Origin: the human T2T-CHM13v2.0 reference genome, Homo sapiens
Assembly: GCF_009914755.1 (NCBI RefSeq)
Contig: NC_060940.1
Length of the DNA stretch: 64,000 nt
Direction: 5' to 3' (one strand)
Of this stretch, positions 13,601 through 27,988 are shown piece after piece. A program made the position numbers and the translations under genes. Positions within the stretch are counted from its first letter, which is position 1; every line of letters starts with the position of its first letter. The notes below the pieces were generated by a model. The model was not told where the DNA came from, did no database searches, and worked only from the letters and a program-made list of their open reading frames with translations.

Positions 13601-16600
13601 TTCGATTCCATTCGCTGATGTTTCCGTTCAATTCCATTCGATGATGATTCCATTCGATTCCATTCATTGAGGATTCCATTGGATTCCATTCAATGATGAT
13701 TCCATTCTATTCCATTCAATGATTGCATTCAATTCCATTCAATGATTATGCCATTAGAGTAAATTCAACGATTCCATTCAATACCATTCGATGATGATTC
13801 CTTTTGAGTCCATTCAATGATTTCATTCAAGTCCATTTGATGATTCCTTTCAATTCCATTCCATGATGATTCCATTCGAGTCCATTCGATGATTCCATTC
13901 GATTGTATTCGATGATTCCATTATATTCCATTCAACGATGATTCCATTCGAGTCCATTCGATGATTCCATTAGAGTACATATAATGATTGCTTTGTTTTC
14001 AATTCGAAGATGATTACATTGGATTCCATTCTATGATTCCATTCGATTCCATTCATTGATGATTCCACCCGATTCCATTCGATGATGATTCCACTCAAAT
14101 CCATTGGATGATTCCATTCGTTTCCAATTGGTGATTTCATTAGATTCCATTCGAGGATGATTCTATTCGAGTCCATTCAATGATTCCATTGGATTCCGTT
14201 TGATAATGATTCCATTAGAGTTCATTCGATGATTCCCTTCGAGTCCATTCGATTATTTCTTTTGATTCCATTTGATGATGATTCCATTCGATTCCATTCA
14301 ATGATTCCATTCCATTCCATTCGATGATGATTCCATTCGATAATGATTACATTCGAGCCCATGTGATGATTCCATTAGATTCTATTCAATGATGATTCCA
14401 TTCGACCACATTCGATGATGGCATTCGAGTCCATTCGATGATTTCACTCGATTCCACTTGATGATGATTCCTTTTGAGTCCATTTGATGATTACATTCGA
14501 GTCCATGAGATGACTCCATTCGATTCCATTTCATGATGATGCAATTCGAGGCTATTCGATCATCCCATTTTAGTGCATTCGGTGATTCTCTTTTATTACA
14601 TTCGATGAGGGCTCCATTCGAGTCCATTCAATGATTCCATTAGATTCCACTCGATGATGATTCCATTTGAGTCCATTCAAAGATTCCTTTCGAGTCCATT
14701 CGATAATTCTATTGGATTCCACTAGGTGATGATTCCTTTCGAGTCAATTCGATGATTCCTTTCAAGTGCCTTCAATGATTCCATTCGATTCCATTCGATG
14801 ACGATTCATTTCAAGTCCATTCAATGGTTCCATTCTGTTGAATTTGATGGTTCCATTTGATTCCATTCGATGATGATTCCATTCGTGTCCATTGGATGAT
14901 TCCATTCGATTCCTTTCGAGGAAGATTCCATTCGACTCCATTCGATGATTCCGTTCGATTCCATTCCATGATGATTCCATTTGATTCCATTCCATGATTC
15001 CATTCGATACCATTCGATGATGATTCCATTCGACTCCATTTGATGAATCCATTCAATGCTTCCATTCGAGTCCATTCGATGATTCCATTCGATTCCATTC
15101 CATGAAGATTCCATTCGAGTACATTTGATGATTCCATTTAATTCCATAGGATGATGATTCTATTAGGGTCCGTTGACTATTCCATTCAATTCCATTCGAA
15201 GATTCCATTCGAGTCCACTCGATGATTCTATTTGATTCCATTTGATAATTCCATTCGATTCCATTTGATGTTGATTCCATTCGAGTCCATTCGATCATTA
15301 TTACATTTGATTCTATTCGATGATTCCATTCGATTCCATTTGATGAGGATTCCATTCGAGACCATTTGATGATTCCATTCAATTCCATTGGATGATTCCA
15401 ATATTTTCCATTAGATGATGATTCCATTCGATTCCATTCAATGATGATTCCATCAGAATCCATTCGATGATGACTCCTTTTGCTTCCATTCAATGATCAT
15501 TACATTCGGTTCCATTCGATGATGATTCCTTTGGATTCCATTCGATGATGCTTCCATTCGATTCCATTTGATGATGATTCTTTTCGATTCCATTTGATGA
15601 TGATTCCATTTGATTCCATTCGATGGTGATTCCATTTGATGATTCCATTCGATTGTATTCGATGATGATTCCACTCGATTCTATTTGATGATGACTGCAT
15701 TCGATTCCATTTGATGATTCCATTTGATTCCATTCGATGATGATTCTGATCAATTGCATTCGATGATCCATTCGATTCCATTTGATGGTTCCATTTGATT
15801 CCATTTGATAATGATTCCTTTCGAGTCCATTCGATGATTCCATTTGCGGATATTCGATAATTCCATTTGAGTCCAACCGATGATTCCATTCGAGGCCATT
15901 CAATCATTCTTTTTGAGTCCTTTCGATAAAGATTCCATTTTAGTCCATTCAATAATTCCACTGGAGTCCATTCGATGATTGCTTTTAATTCCATTCGATG
16001 ATATTCCATTCGAGTCCATTCGATGATTCCATTCGTTGCTATTAGATGATGATTCCATTCATGACCATTTGGTGATTCCATTCGATTTCATTCGTTGATG
16101 ATTCCATTCGAGTCCATTCCATGATTCCATTCAAGTCCATTTGATGATTTCTTTGAATTCAATTCGATGATGATTCCATTCGAGTCCATTCGATGATTCC
16201 ATTCAGTTCCATTCGATGATGATTCCTTTCGAGACCATATGATGATTCCATTTGATTTCATTCGATGATGATTCCATTCGATTCCATTCGATGATTCCAT
16301 TCTATTCCATTCGATGATGATTCCATTCGAGTCCATTTAATGATTCCATTGGGTTCAATTCAATGATGATTACATTGGATTCTCTTCTATGATACCATTC
16401 AATTCCGTTCATTGACAATTTGATTCCATTCGATGATGATTCCATTTGAGTTCATTCGATGATTCTATTCGATTCTCTTCGATGGTGATTCAATTCTATT
16501 ATATTGGATGATTCCATTCGATTCCATTTGATGTTGATTCAATTCGATTCTATTCGATGATGATTCCATTGGATTTCATTTGATGATTCTATTCGATTCC

Positions 16601-19560
16601 ATTCAATGATGATTCACTTCTCGTCCATTGGATGATTCCATTTCATTCCATTCGATGATGATTCCATTCGATTCCATTCGATGATTCCATTTGATTCCAT
16701 TCGACGGTGAGCAATTCGATTCAATTCCATGATGATTCTATTTGATTCAGTTAGATGATGTTTCCATTCGAATCCATTCCATGATTATTCCATTGGAATC
16801 CATTCGGCGATGATTCCATATGAGTCAATTCAATGATGCTTCCATATGGGTCAGTTCGATGATAATTCCATTTGATTTCATTCGATGCTTCTATTCAATT
16901 CCAGTCGATGATGATTCCGTTGGAGTCCATACGATGACTCCATTTGATTTCATTTGATGATGATTCCATTCGATTCCATTCGATGACTCCATTCTGTTCC
17001 ATTCGATGATGATTCCATTCGAGTCCATTCGATGATTCCATTCGAGTCCATTTCATGATTCCATTGGGTTCAATTCGATGATGATTACACTGGATTCCAT
17101 TCTATGATTCCATTCAATTCCATTCGTTGATGATTCGATTCCATTCAATGATGATTCCATTTGAGTTCATTCGATGATTCTATTCGATTCCGTTCGATGG
17201 TGATTCAATTCTATTATATTGGATGATTCCATTCGATTCCATTTGATGATGATTCCATTCGATTCCATTCGATGATGATTCCATTTGATTCCATTTGATG
17301 TTGATTCTATTCGATTCTATTCAATGATGATTCCATTCGATTTCATTTGATGATTCTATTCGATTCCTTTCGATGATTCTATTCCATTCCATTCGATGAT
17401 GATTCAATTCTCTTCCATTGGATGATTCCATTTTATTCCATTCGACGATGACTCCATTTGATTCCATTCAATGATGATTCCATTCGATTCCATTCGGTGA
17501 TTCCATTTGATTCCATTCGACGGTGAGCAATTTGATTCAATTCCATAATGATTCTATTTGATTCAATTAGATGATGTTTCCATTCGAATCCATTCGGTGA
17601 TGATTCCATTGGTATCCATTCGACCATGATTCCATATGAGTCAATTCGATGATGATTCCATACGAGTCCGTTGGATGATAATTCCATTTGATTTCATTCA
17701 ATCCTTCTATTCGATTCCATTTGATGATGATTCCATCTGAATCCATTCTCCGATTCCATTCGATTTCATTCGATGCTTCTATTTGATTTCATTCGAAGAT
17801 GATTCCTTTCAATTCCGTTCATTAATTCCATTTGATTCCATTCGATGATGATTCCATCCGATTCCATTGGATGATGATTCCATTCGAGTCCATTCGATGA
17901 TTCCGTTCTAATCCATTCTATGATTCCATTTGAGTCCATTCGATGATTCCATTCGATTCCATTCAGTGATGATTCCATTTGATTCCATCTGATGATGATT
18001 TCATTTGATTCCATTCGATGATGATTCCATTGGAGTCCATTGAATGATTCAATTCAATTCCATTCCATGTGGATTCCATTCGAATTCATTCGATTATTCC
18101 CTTCAAATCCCTTCGTTGATTCCATCTGATTCCACTTGACGATGATTCCATTCAAGTCCAATCGATGATTCCATTCGGTTCCATTCAATGATTCCATTCG
18201 AGTCCATTTATGTATTATATTCGTGTCCACTTGATGACTCCATTCAATTCCATTTAATGATGATTCCATTTGATTCCATTTGATGATTCAGTTCGATTCC
18301 TTACAATGATTCCCTACGATTCCTTTCTATGATGATTCCATTCGATTCCATTCATTGATGATTCCATTCGACTCCATTCGATGATGATTCCTTTCGATTC
18401 CATTTGACGATGTTTCCATTTGAGTCCATTCGATGATGATTCCATTGGTATCCATTCGACGATGATTCCATATGAGTCAATTCGATGATGATTCCATACG
18501 AGTCCGTTGGATGATAATTCCATTTGATTTCATTCAATCCTTCTATTCGATTCCATTTGATGATGATTCCATCTGAATCCATTCTCCGATTCCATTCGAT
18601 TTCATTCGATGCTTCTATTTGATTTCATTCGAAGATGATTCCTTTCAATTCCATTCATTAATTCCATTTGATTCCATTCGATGATGATTCCATCCGATTC
18701 CATTGGATGATGATTCCATTCGAGTCCATTCGATGATTCCGTTCTAATCCATTCTATGATTCCATTCGAGTCCATTCGATGATTCCATTCGATTCCATTC
18801 AGTGATGATTCCATTTGATTCCATCTGATGATGATTTCATTTGATTCCATTCGATGATGATTCCATTGGAGTCCATTGAATGATTCAATTCAATTCCATT
18901 CCATGTGGATTCCATTCGAATTCATTCGATTATTCCATTCAAATCCCTTCGTTGATTCCATCTGATTCCACTTGACGATGATTCCATTCAAGTCCAATCG
19001 ATGATTCCATTCGGTTCCATTCAATGATTCCATTCGAGTCCATTTATGTATTATATTCGTGTCCACTTGATGACTCACTCCATTCAATTCCATTTAATGA
19101 TGATTCCATTTGATTCCATTTGATGATTCAGTTCGATTCCTTACAATGATTCCCTACGATTCCTTTCTATGATGATTCCATTCGATTCCATTCATTGATG
19201 ATTCCATTCGACTCCATTCGATGATGATTCCTTTCGATTCCATTTGACGATGTTTCCATTTGAGTCCATTCGATGATGATTCAATTCAGTTCTGTTCTAT
19301 TGTGAATCCATTCGATTTCATTCAATGCTTCTATTTGATTCCATTCGACGATGATTCCATCTCTTTCCCTTCGATGATTCCATTTGATTCCATTCAGTGA
19401 TGATTCCATTTGATTCCATCTGATGATGATTTCACTTGATTCATTTCAGTGATGATTCCATTCAAGTCCATTCGATGATTCCATTGGAGTCCAAACGATC
19501 ATTCCATTCGATTCCATTCAATGATGATTCCATTCATGTCCATTCAATGAATCCTTTCAA
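10662..19560 (+). repeat. Long-form block (lineage Y) carrying extra modules at ~14.15-16.2 kb and ~17.2-18.0 kb
   Basis: Distinct k-mers (GAGCCCATGTG ~14355, GAGGGCTCC ~14607, TTGCGGATATTCG ~15844) were seen only here and at +36,175 bp. Confidence 0.8.
17600..19275 (+). repeat. 836-bp tandem duplication
   Basis: ORF landmarks 17766->18602 and 18054->18890 are both 836 bp apart. GGTATCCATTCGAC occurs at ~17611 and ~18447. Confidence 0.85.
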
Positions 19561-22257
19561 TTCCATTCGATGATGACTCCATTCGATTCCATTCGATGAT
19601 TCCATTCAATTCCATTCGATGATGATTCCATTCCAGTCCATATGATCATTCCATTTGATTTCATTCGATGATGATTCCATTCGATTCCATTCGATGATTC
19701 CATTCTATTCCATTCGATGATGATTCTATTCGAGTCCATTCGATGATTCCATTCGAGTCCATTTAATGATTCCATTGGGTTCAATTCAATGATGATTACA
19801 TTGGATTCCGTTCTATGACTCCATTCAATTCCGTTCATTGACAATTTGATTCCATTCGATGATGATTCCATTTGAGTTCATTCGATGATTCTATTCGATT
19901 CTCTTCGATGGTGATTCAATTCTATTATATTGGATGATGCCATTCGATTCCATTTGATGTTGATTCAATTCGATTCTATTCGATGATGATTCCATTGGAT
20001 TTCACTTGATGATTCTATTCGATTCCATTCAATGATGATTCACTTCTCGTCCATTGGATGATTCCATTTCATTCCATTCGATGATGATTCCATTCGATTC
20101 CATTCGATGATTCCATTTGATTCCATGCGACGGTGAGCAATTCGATTCAATTCCATGATGATTCTATTTGATTCAATTAGATGATGTTTCCATTCGAATC
20201 CATTCCATGATTATTCCATTGGAATCCATTTGGCGATGAATCCATATGAGTCAATTCAATGATGATTCCATATGGGTCCGTTCGATGATAATTCCATTTG
20301 ATTTCATTCAATGCTTCTATTCTATTCCAGTCGTTGATGATTCCGTTGGAGTCCATACGATGATTCCATTTGATTTCATTTGATGATGATTCCATTCGAT
20401 GATGATTACATTGGATTCCATTCTATGATTCCATTCAATTCCATTCGTTGATGATTCGATTCCATTCAATGATGATTCCATTTGAGTTCATTCGATGATT
20501 CTATTCGATTCCGTTCGATGGTGATTCAATTCTATTATATTGGAGGATTCCACTCGATTCCATTTGATGATTATTCCATTGGAGTCCACTTAGTGAATCC
20601 TTTAGATTCTACTCGAAGATGATTCCATTCGAGTCCATTCAATGATACCATTCAATTTCATTCGTTGATGCTTCCATTCAAGTGCATTCGATGATATCAT
20701 TCGATTCCATTTGATGATAATTCCATTTGATTCCATGCGATGATTCTATTCGATTCCATTCAATGATAATTCCATTCAATTCAGTGATTCCTCTGGACTC
20801 CATTTGATGATGATTCCATTCAATGATTCCATTCGATTCTATTCGAAAATGATTCCATTTGAATCCATTTGATGATGATTCCATTAGATTCCATTTGATG
20901 ATTCCATTCGATTGCATTTGACGATGATTCCATTCGATTCCATTTGATGATTCCATTCTATTCTATTCGATGATGATTCCATTCGATTCCATTTGATGAT
21001 GATTGGATTCGATTCCATTTGATGATTTCATTTGATTCCATTCGTTAATGATTTCGATCAACTCCATTCGATGATTCCATTTGATTCCATTCGATAATGA
21101 TTACATCCGAGTCCATTCGATGATTCCATTTGAGCCCGTTCGATAATTCCATTTGAGTCCAATCAATGATTCCATTCATTTCCATTCAATGATTCCATTC
21201 GAGTCCATTTGATCATTCTGGTAGGGTCCGTTCGATGTTGATTCCATTGGAGTGCATTCGATGATTCCATTCGAGTCCATTTTATGATTTGATTCGAGTC
21301 CTTTCGATGATTCCATTCGATTCCACTCGATGATGATTTCATTCGAGTCCATTCGACACTTCCAATCGATTCCATTTGATGTTTCCATTCGAGTCCAATT
21401 GATGATTCCATTCAATTCCATTCGATGATGATTCCGTACGATTCCATTCTGTGATGATTCCATGTGATTGCATTCCATGATGATTCCTTTCGATTGCATT
21501 CGATTATGATTCATTTCGTGTTCATTCTATGGTTCCACAGGTTTCCATTCGATGACGTTTCCGTTCGTGTCCATTCCATTATTCCATTCTATTTCATTTG
21601 ATGATGATTCCATTCGATTCCATTCATTGGTGATTCCACTCAATTCCATTCAATGATTCCATTCCATATCTTTCAACAATGATTCCATTAGTTTCTATTC
21701 GATGATCCACTTGATTCCATTTGGCGATGATTCCATTCGTGTCCATTCGATGATTCCATTTGATTCCATATGATGATGATTCCATTCGATTCCATACCAT
21801 GATGATTCCATTCGGGTCCATTCAATGGTGATTCCATTCAATTCCATTCGATGATTCCTTCCGATTCCATTCGATGATGATGGCATTCGATTCCTTTCAA
21901 TCATTCCCTTTGATTCCATTCAAAGGTGATTTCATTCAAGTCCATTCGATAATTGCATTCGATTCCATTCTATGATGATTCCATTCGAGTCCATTTGATG
22001 ATTCCATTCAATTCAAGTCAATGATGATTCCATTCAATTCCACTCGATGATTCCATTGGATTCCATTCGATGATGATTCCATTCAAATCCATTCGATAAT
22101 TCAATTCAAGTCCATTCGATGATGATTCCAATCGAATCCATTCAAAGATTCCATTCAATTCCATTCGATGATGATTCCCTTAGATTCCATTCGATGATTC
22201 CACTTGATTCCATTTACGATGATTCCATTCGATTCCATGTGATGAATCCATTCAATT

Positions 22258-25200
22258 CTATTCAATGATGTTTCCATTTGATTCCATTGGACCATGATTG
22301 CCTTTGATTCCATTCAATGATTCCATTCGGTTCCATTTGATGATGATTCCGTTCGATTCCATTTCATTATTCCATTTGATTCCATTGGATGAGTCCATTC
22401 GATTACATTCGATGATTATTCCATTCGAGTGCATTAGATGATTGCATTCGAGTCCATTCGATGATTCCATTCGATTCCATTCGATGTTGATTCTGTTCAA
22501 ATCCATTCGATGATTCCACTCCATTCCAATCGATGACTCCATTTGATCCCATTCGATGATTTCCTGTGATTCCCTTTGATGATCATTCTATTTGATTCAA
22601 TTCGGTGATTTCATTTCATTCCATTCAGTGATGTTTCCATTCGACTGTATTCGATGATGATTCCATTCGACTCCATTCGATTATGATTTCATTCAATTCC
22701 ATTCAATAATGATTCCCTTCGAGTCCATTCGATGATTCCATTCGATTCCATTCAACGATGATTTGATTCGTTTCCATTCGATGATTCCATTTGATTCCAC
22801 TTGATGATGATTCCATTCGAGTCCATTTGATGATTCCATTCGAGTCTATTTATGTATTATATTCGTGTCCACTTCATGATTCCATTCAATTCCATTTAAT
22901 GTTGATTCCATTTGATTCCATTTGATGATTCAGTTCGATTCCTTGCAATGATTCCCTACGATTCCTTTCTATGATGATTCCATTCGATTCCATTCATTGA
23001 TGATTTCATTCGACTCCATTCGATGATGATTCCTTTCGATTCCATTTGACGATGTTTCCATTCGAGTCCATTCGATGATGATTCTATTCAATTCTGTTCT
23101 ATTATGATTCCATTCGATTTCATTCAATGCTTCTATTTGATTCCATTCGATGATGATTCCATCTCTTTCCCTTCGATGATTCCTTTTGATTCCATTCAGT
23201 GATGATTCCATTTGATTCCATCTGATGATGATTTCACTTGATTCCTTTCAATGATGATTCAATTCAAGTCCATTCGATGATTCCATTGGAGTCCAAACGA
23301 TCATTCCGTTCGATTCCATTCAATGGTGATTCCATTCATGTCCATTCGATGAATCCATTCAATTCCATTCGATGATGACTCCATTCGAGTACATTCGATG
23401 ATTCCATTTGATTCCATTTGAAGATGATTCCATTCAATTCCATTCGAAGATGATTCCATTCAATTCCATTCGATGATGATTCCGTATGAATCCATTCTCT
23501 GATTATTCCATTCGATTCCATTCATTGACGATTCCATTCAATTCCATTCAATGATGATTCTCTTCTATTCCATTCGATGATTCCGGTCGATTCCATTCGA
23601 TGATGATTCCATTAGATTCCATTCGATTGTTGCATTCGATTCCCTTCGATGATGATTCCTTTGAATTCCATTCGATTATCATTCCGTATGAATCCATTTG
23701 ATGATTATTCCATTGGATTCCTTTCGATGATGATTCCATTCGATTCCATTTGATGATGTTTCTCTTGTATTCCATTGGATAATTCCTTTCAGTTCCCTTC
23801 GATGATTATTCTTTCGAGTCAATTCGATGATTCTATTCCATTCCCTTCGATGATGATTCCATTTCACTCCATTAGATGATTCCATTCGACTCAATTTGGT
23901 GATGATTCAATTCGATGACATTCGATGACTCCATTCAATTTCATTTGATGATGATTACATTCGAGTCCATTTGATGATTGTATTCCTTTCCTTTTGATGA
24001 TTATTCCATTCGTGTCTATTCAAAGGTTCCATTCTATTCCATTCAATGATGATTGCATTTGATTCCATTCAATGATTATGGCTATCGATTCCACTCGTTG
24101 ATTCCATTTGATTCCGTTCGATGATTATTCCGTTAGATTCCATTAGAAGATTCCATTCGATTTTATTCAATGATTCCAATGGATTCCATTCAATGATGAT
24201 TCCATTCGACTCCATTCAGTGATTCCATTCGAGTCCATTTGATGATTCCATTCTTTTCCATTTGATGATGATTCCATTAGGGTCCATTCAATGATTCCAT
24301 TCGAGTCCATTCGTTAATGCCTTTCGAGTCCTTTTGATCACTACATTCGAGTCCATTCAATGATTCTATTCGATTCCATTCCATGATGATTCCATTCGAG
24401 TTCATTCGATGATTGCATTCGTGTCCATTTGATGATTCCATATGATTCCCTTCGACAATGATTCCATTCGTGTCCATTTGATGATTCCATTCATTTCCTA
24501 TCGATGAAGATTCCATTCAAGTGTATTCGATGATTCCATTCAAATCCATTCGATGATGATTCCATTCCAGTCCATTCGATCATTCCACTTGATTCCATTT
24601 GATGACTATTCCATTCAAATCCATTTGATGATTCCATTCGATTCCATTCGATGTTACCATTTGAGTATATACGATGATTCCACTCGATTCCATTTGATGA
24701 TTATTCCATTGGAGTCCACTTAGTGAATCCTTTAGATTCTACTCGAAGATGATTCCATTCGAGTCCATTCGATGATACCATTCAATTCCATTCGTTGATG
24801 CTTCCATTCAAGTGCATTCGATGATATCATTCGATTCCATTTGATGATAATTCCATTTGATTCCATGCGATGATTCTATTCGATTCCATTCAATGATAAT
24901 TCCATTCAATTCAGTGATTCCTCTGGACTCCATTTGATGATGATTCCATTCAATGATTCCATTCGATTCTATTCGAAAATGATTCCATTTGAATCCATTT
25001 GATGATGATTCCATTGGATTCCATTTGATGATTCCATTCGATTCCATTCGATGATGATTCCATTCGATTCCTTTTGATGAATCCATTCTATTGTATTCGA
25101 TGATGATTCCATTCGATTCCATTCGATGATGATTGGATTCGATTCCATTTGATGATTTCATTTGATTCCATTCGATAATGATTTCGATCAATTCCATTCG

Positions 25201-26384
25201 ATGATTCCATTCGATTCCATTCGATAATGATTACATCCGAGTCCATTCGATGATTCCATTTGAGCCCGTTCGATAATTCCATTTGAGTCCAATCAATGAT
25301 TCCATTCATTTCCATTCAATGATTCCATTCGAGTCCATTTGATCATTCCGGTAGGGTCCGTTCGATGTTGATTCCATTGGAGTGCATTCGATGATTCCAT
25401 TCGAGTCCATTTTAGGATTTGATTCGAGTCCTTTCGATGATTCCATTCGATTCCACTCGATGATTTCATTCGAGTCCATTCGACACTTCCAATCGATTCC
25501 ATTTGATGTTTCCATTCGAGTCCAATTGATGATTCCATTCAATTCCATTCGATGATGATTCCGTACGATTCCATTCTGTGATGATTCCATGTGATTGCAT
25601 TCAATGATGATTCCTTTCGATTGCATTCGATTATGATTCATTTCGTGTTCATTCTATGGTTCCACAGGTTTCCATTCGATGATGTTTCCATTCGTGTCCA
25701 TTCCATTATTCCATTCTATTCCATTTGATGATGATTCCATTCGATTCCATTCATTGGTGATTCCACTCAATTCCATTCAATGATTCCATTCCATTTCTTT
25801 CAACAATGATTCCATTAGTTTCTATTCGATGATCCACTTGATTCCATTTGACGATGATTCCATTCGTGTCCATTCGATGATTCCATTTGATTCCATATGA
25901 TGATGATTCCATTCGATTCCATACGATGATGATTCCATTCGAGTCCATTCAATGGTGATTCCATTCAATTCCATTCGATGATTCCTTTCGATTCCATTCA
26001 ATGATGATGGCATTCGATTCCTTTCGATCATTCCCTTTGATTCCATTCAAAGGTGATTTCATTCAAGTCCATTCGATAATTGCATTCGATTCCATTCTAT
26101 GGTGATTCCATTCGAGTCCATTTGATGATTCCATTCAATTCAAGTCAATGACGATTCCATTCGATTCCACTCGATGATTCCATTGGATTCCATTCGATGA
26201 TGATTCCATTCAAATCCATTCGATAATTCAATTCACGTCCATTCGATGATGATTCCAATCGAATCCATTCAAAGATTCCAGTCAATTCCATTCGATGATG
26301 ATTCCCTTAGATTCCATTCGATGATTCCACTTGATTCCATTTACGATGATTCCATTCGATTCCATGTGATGAATCCATTCAATT
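22258..26384 (+). repeat. 4.1-kb higher-order unit, junction type 2 (4,127 bp)
   Basis: 22258->26385 and 21624->25751 are both 4,127 bp. The unit enters the TTTATGTATTATATTCG module through GAGTCTATTTATG at ~22842, and the same junction occurs at ~34124 and ~45397. Confidence 0.8.
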
Positions 26385-27988
26385 CTATTCAATGATGTTT
26401 CCACTTGATTCCATTCGAACATGATTGCCTTTGATTCCATTCAATGATTCCATACGGTTCCATTTGATGATGATTCCATTGGAGTGCATTAGATGATTCC
26501 ATCCGAGTCCATTTGATGATTCCATTCGATTCCATTCGATGTTGATTCTGTTCAAATCCATTCGATGATTCCACTCGATTCCATTCGATGACTCCATTTG
26601 ATCCCATTCGATGATTTCCTTTGATTCCCTTTGATGATCATTCCATTTGATTCAATTCGGTGATTTCATTTGATTCCATTCAGTGATGTTTCCATTCAAC
26701 TCCTTTCGATGATGATTCCATTCGACTCCATTCGATTATGATTTCATTCAATTCCATTCGATAATGATTCCCTTCAAGTCCATTCGATGATTCCATTCGA
26801 TTCCATTCAACGATGATTTGATTCGTGTCCATTCGATGATTCCATTTGATTCCATTTGATGATGATTCCATTCGAGTCCCTTTGATGATTCCATTCAATT
26901 CCATTCTCCGATGATTTCTTTTGAGCCCATTCAATGCTTCCACTCGATTCCATATGATGATGACTCCATTTGATGAAATTCCATGATGATTCCATTCGCT
27001 TGCATTCGATGATGATTCCACTTGAGTCCGTTAGAAGATTCTATTCAATTACATTCCATGACGATTCTGTTCGAGTCCATTTGATGATTCCATTAGACTC
27101 CATTCGACGATGATTCCATTCGATGTTATTCGATGATGATTCCATTCAACTCCATTCGATGTTTCCATTCGAGGTCATTCTATTATTCCATTTGATTCCA
27201 TTCGATGATGATTCCATTCGATTCCATTTGATGATTGCATTCTATTTCATTTGATGATGATTCCATTCGAGTCCATTCGATGATTCCATTCGAGTCCATT
27301 TAATGAATCCATTGGTTTCAATTCTATGATGATTACATTGGATTCCATTCGTTGATGATTTCATTCGATTCCATTCAATGATGATTCCATTCAATTCCAT
27401 TCAATGATTCCATTCAATTCCATACGATGATGATTCCATTGGATTTGATTCGACAGTGAGCCATTCGATTCAATTCCATGATGATTCTATTTTATTCAAT
27501 TGGTTGACATTTCCATTCGATTCCATTCGATGATGATTCCCTTTGATTCCATTCAAAGCTGATTCCATTCTAGCCCATTCAATCATTCCATTCGATTCTA
27601 TTCAATGATGATTCCATTCATGTCGATTTGGTGATTCCATTTGACTTCATTTGATGATGATTCTTTTCAAGTTCATTAGATGATTCCATTCGATTCCATT
27701 TGATGATGATCCCATTCGAGTCCATTTGATGATTCCACTCGTTTCCATTCCATGATGATTCCATTCCATTCCATTCAATGATTCCATTCGATTCCGTTTG
27801 ATGATGATTTCATTCGAGTCCATTTGATGATTCCATTTGATTCCATTCGATGATGATTACATTCGAGTCCATACGATGATTCCACTCAATTCCATATGAT
27901 GATGATTCCATTCGATTCCATTCGATGATTCCACTTGATTCCATTTACGATGATTCCATTCGATTCCATGTGATGATTCCATTCAGTT
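26385..27988 (+). repeat. 1.6-kb truncated, multiply deleted copy of the start of the 6.1-kb unit
   Basis: Landmark 26385->27989 is 1,604 bp. It has deletions of 72 bp (~26470) and 23 bp (~27130), a skip at ~27850 and a loop-back at ~27925. Confidence 0.7.

Noticed and set aside
15500-16081. Longest ORF (193 aa), identical at 51675-52256
   Set aside because: The identity reflects a recent DNA duplication that includes all flanks, not coding constraint. It is the same low-complexity satellite peptide.
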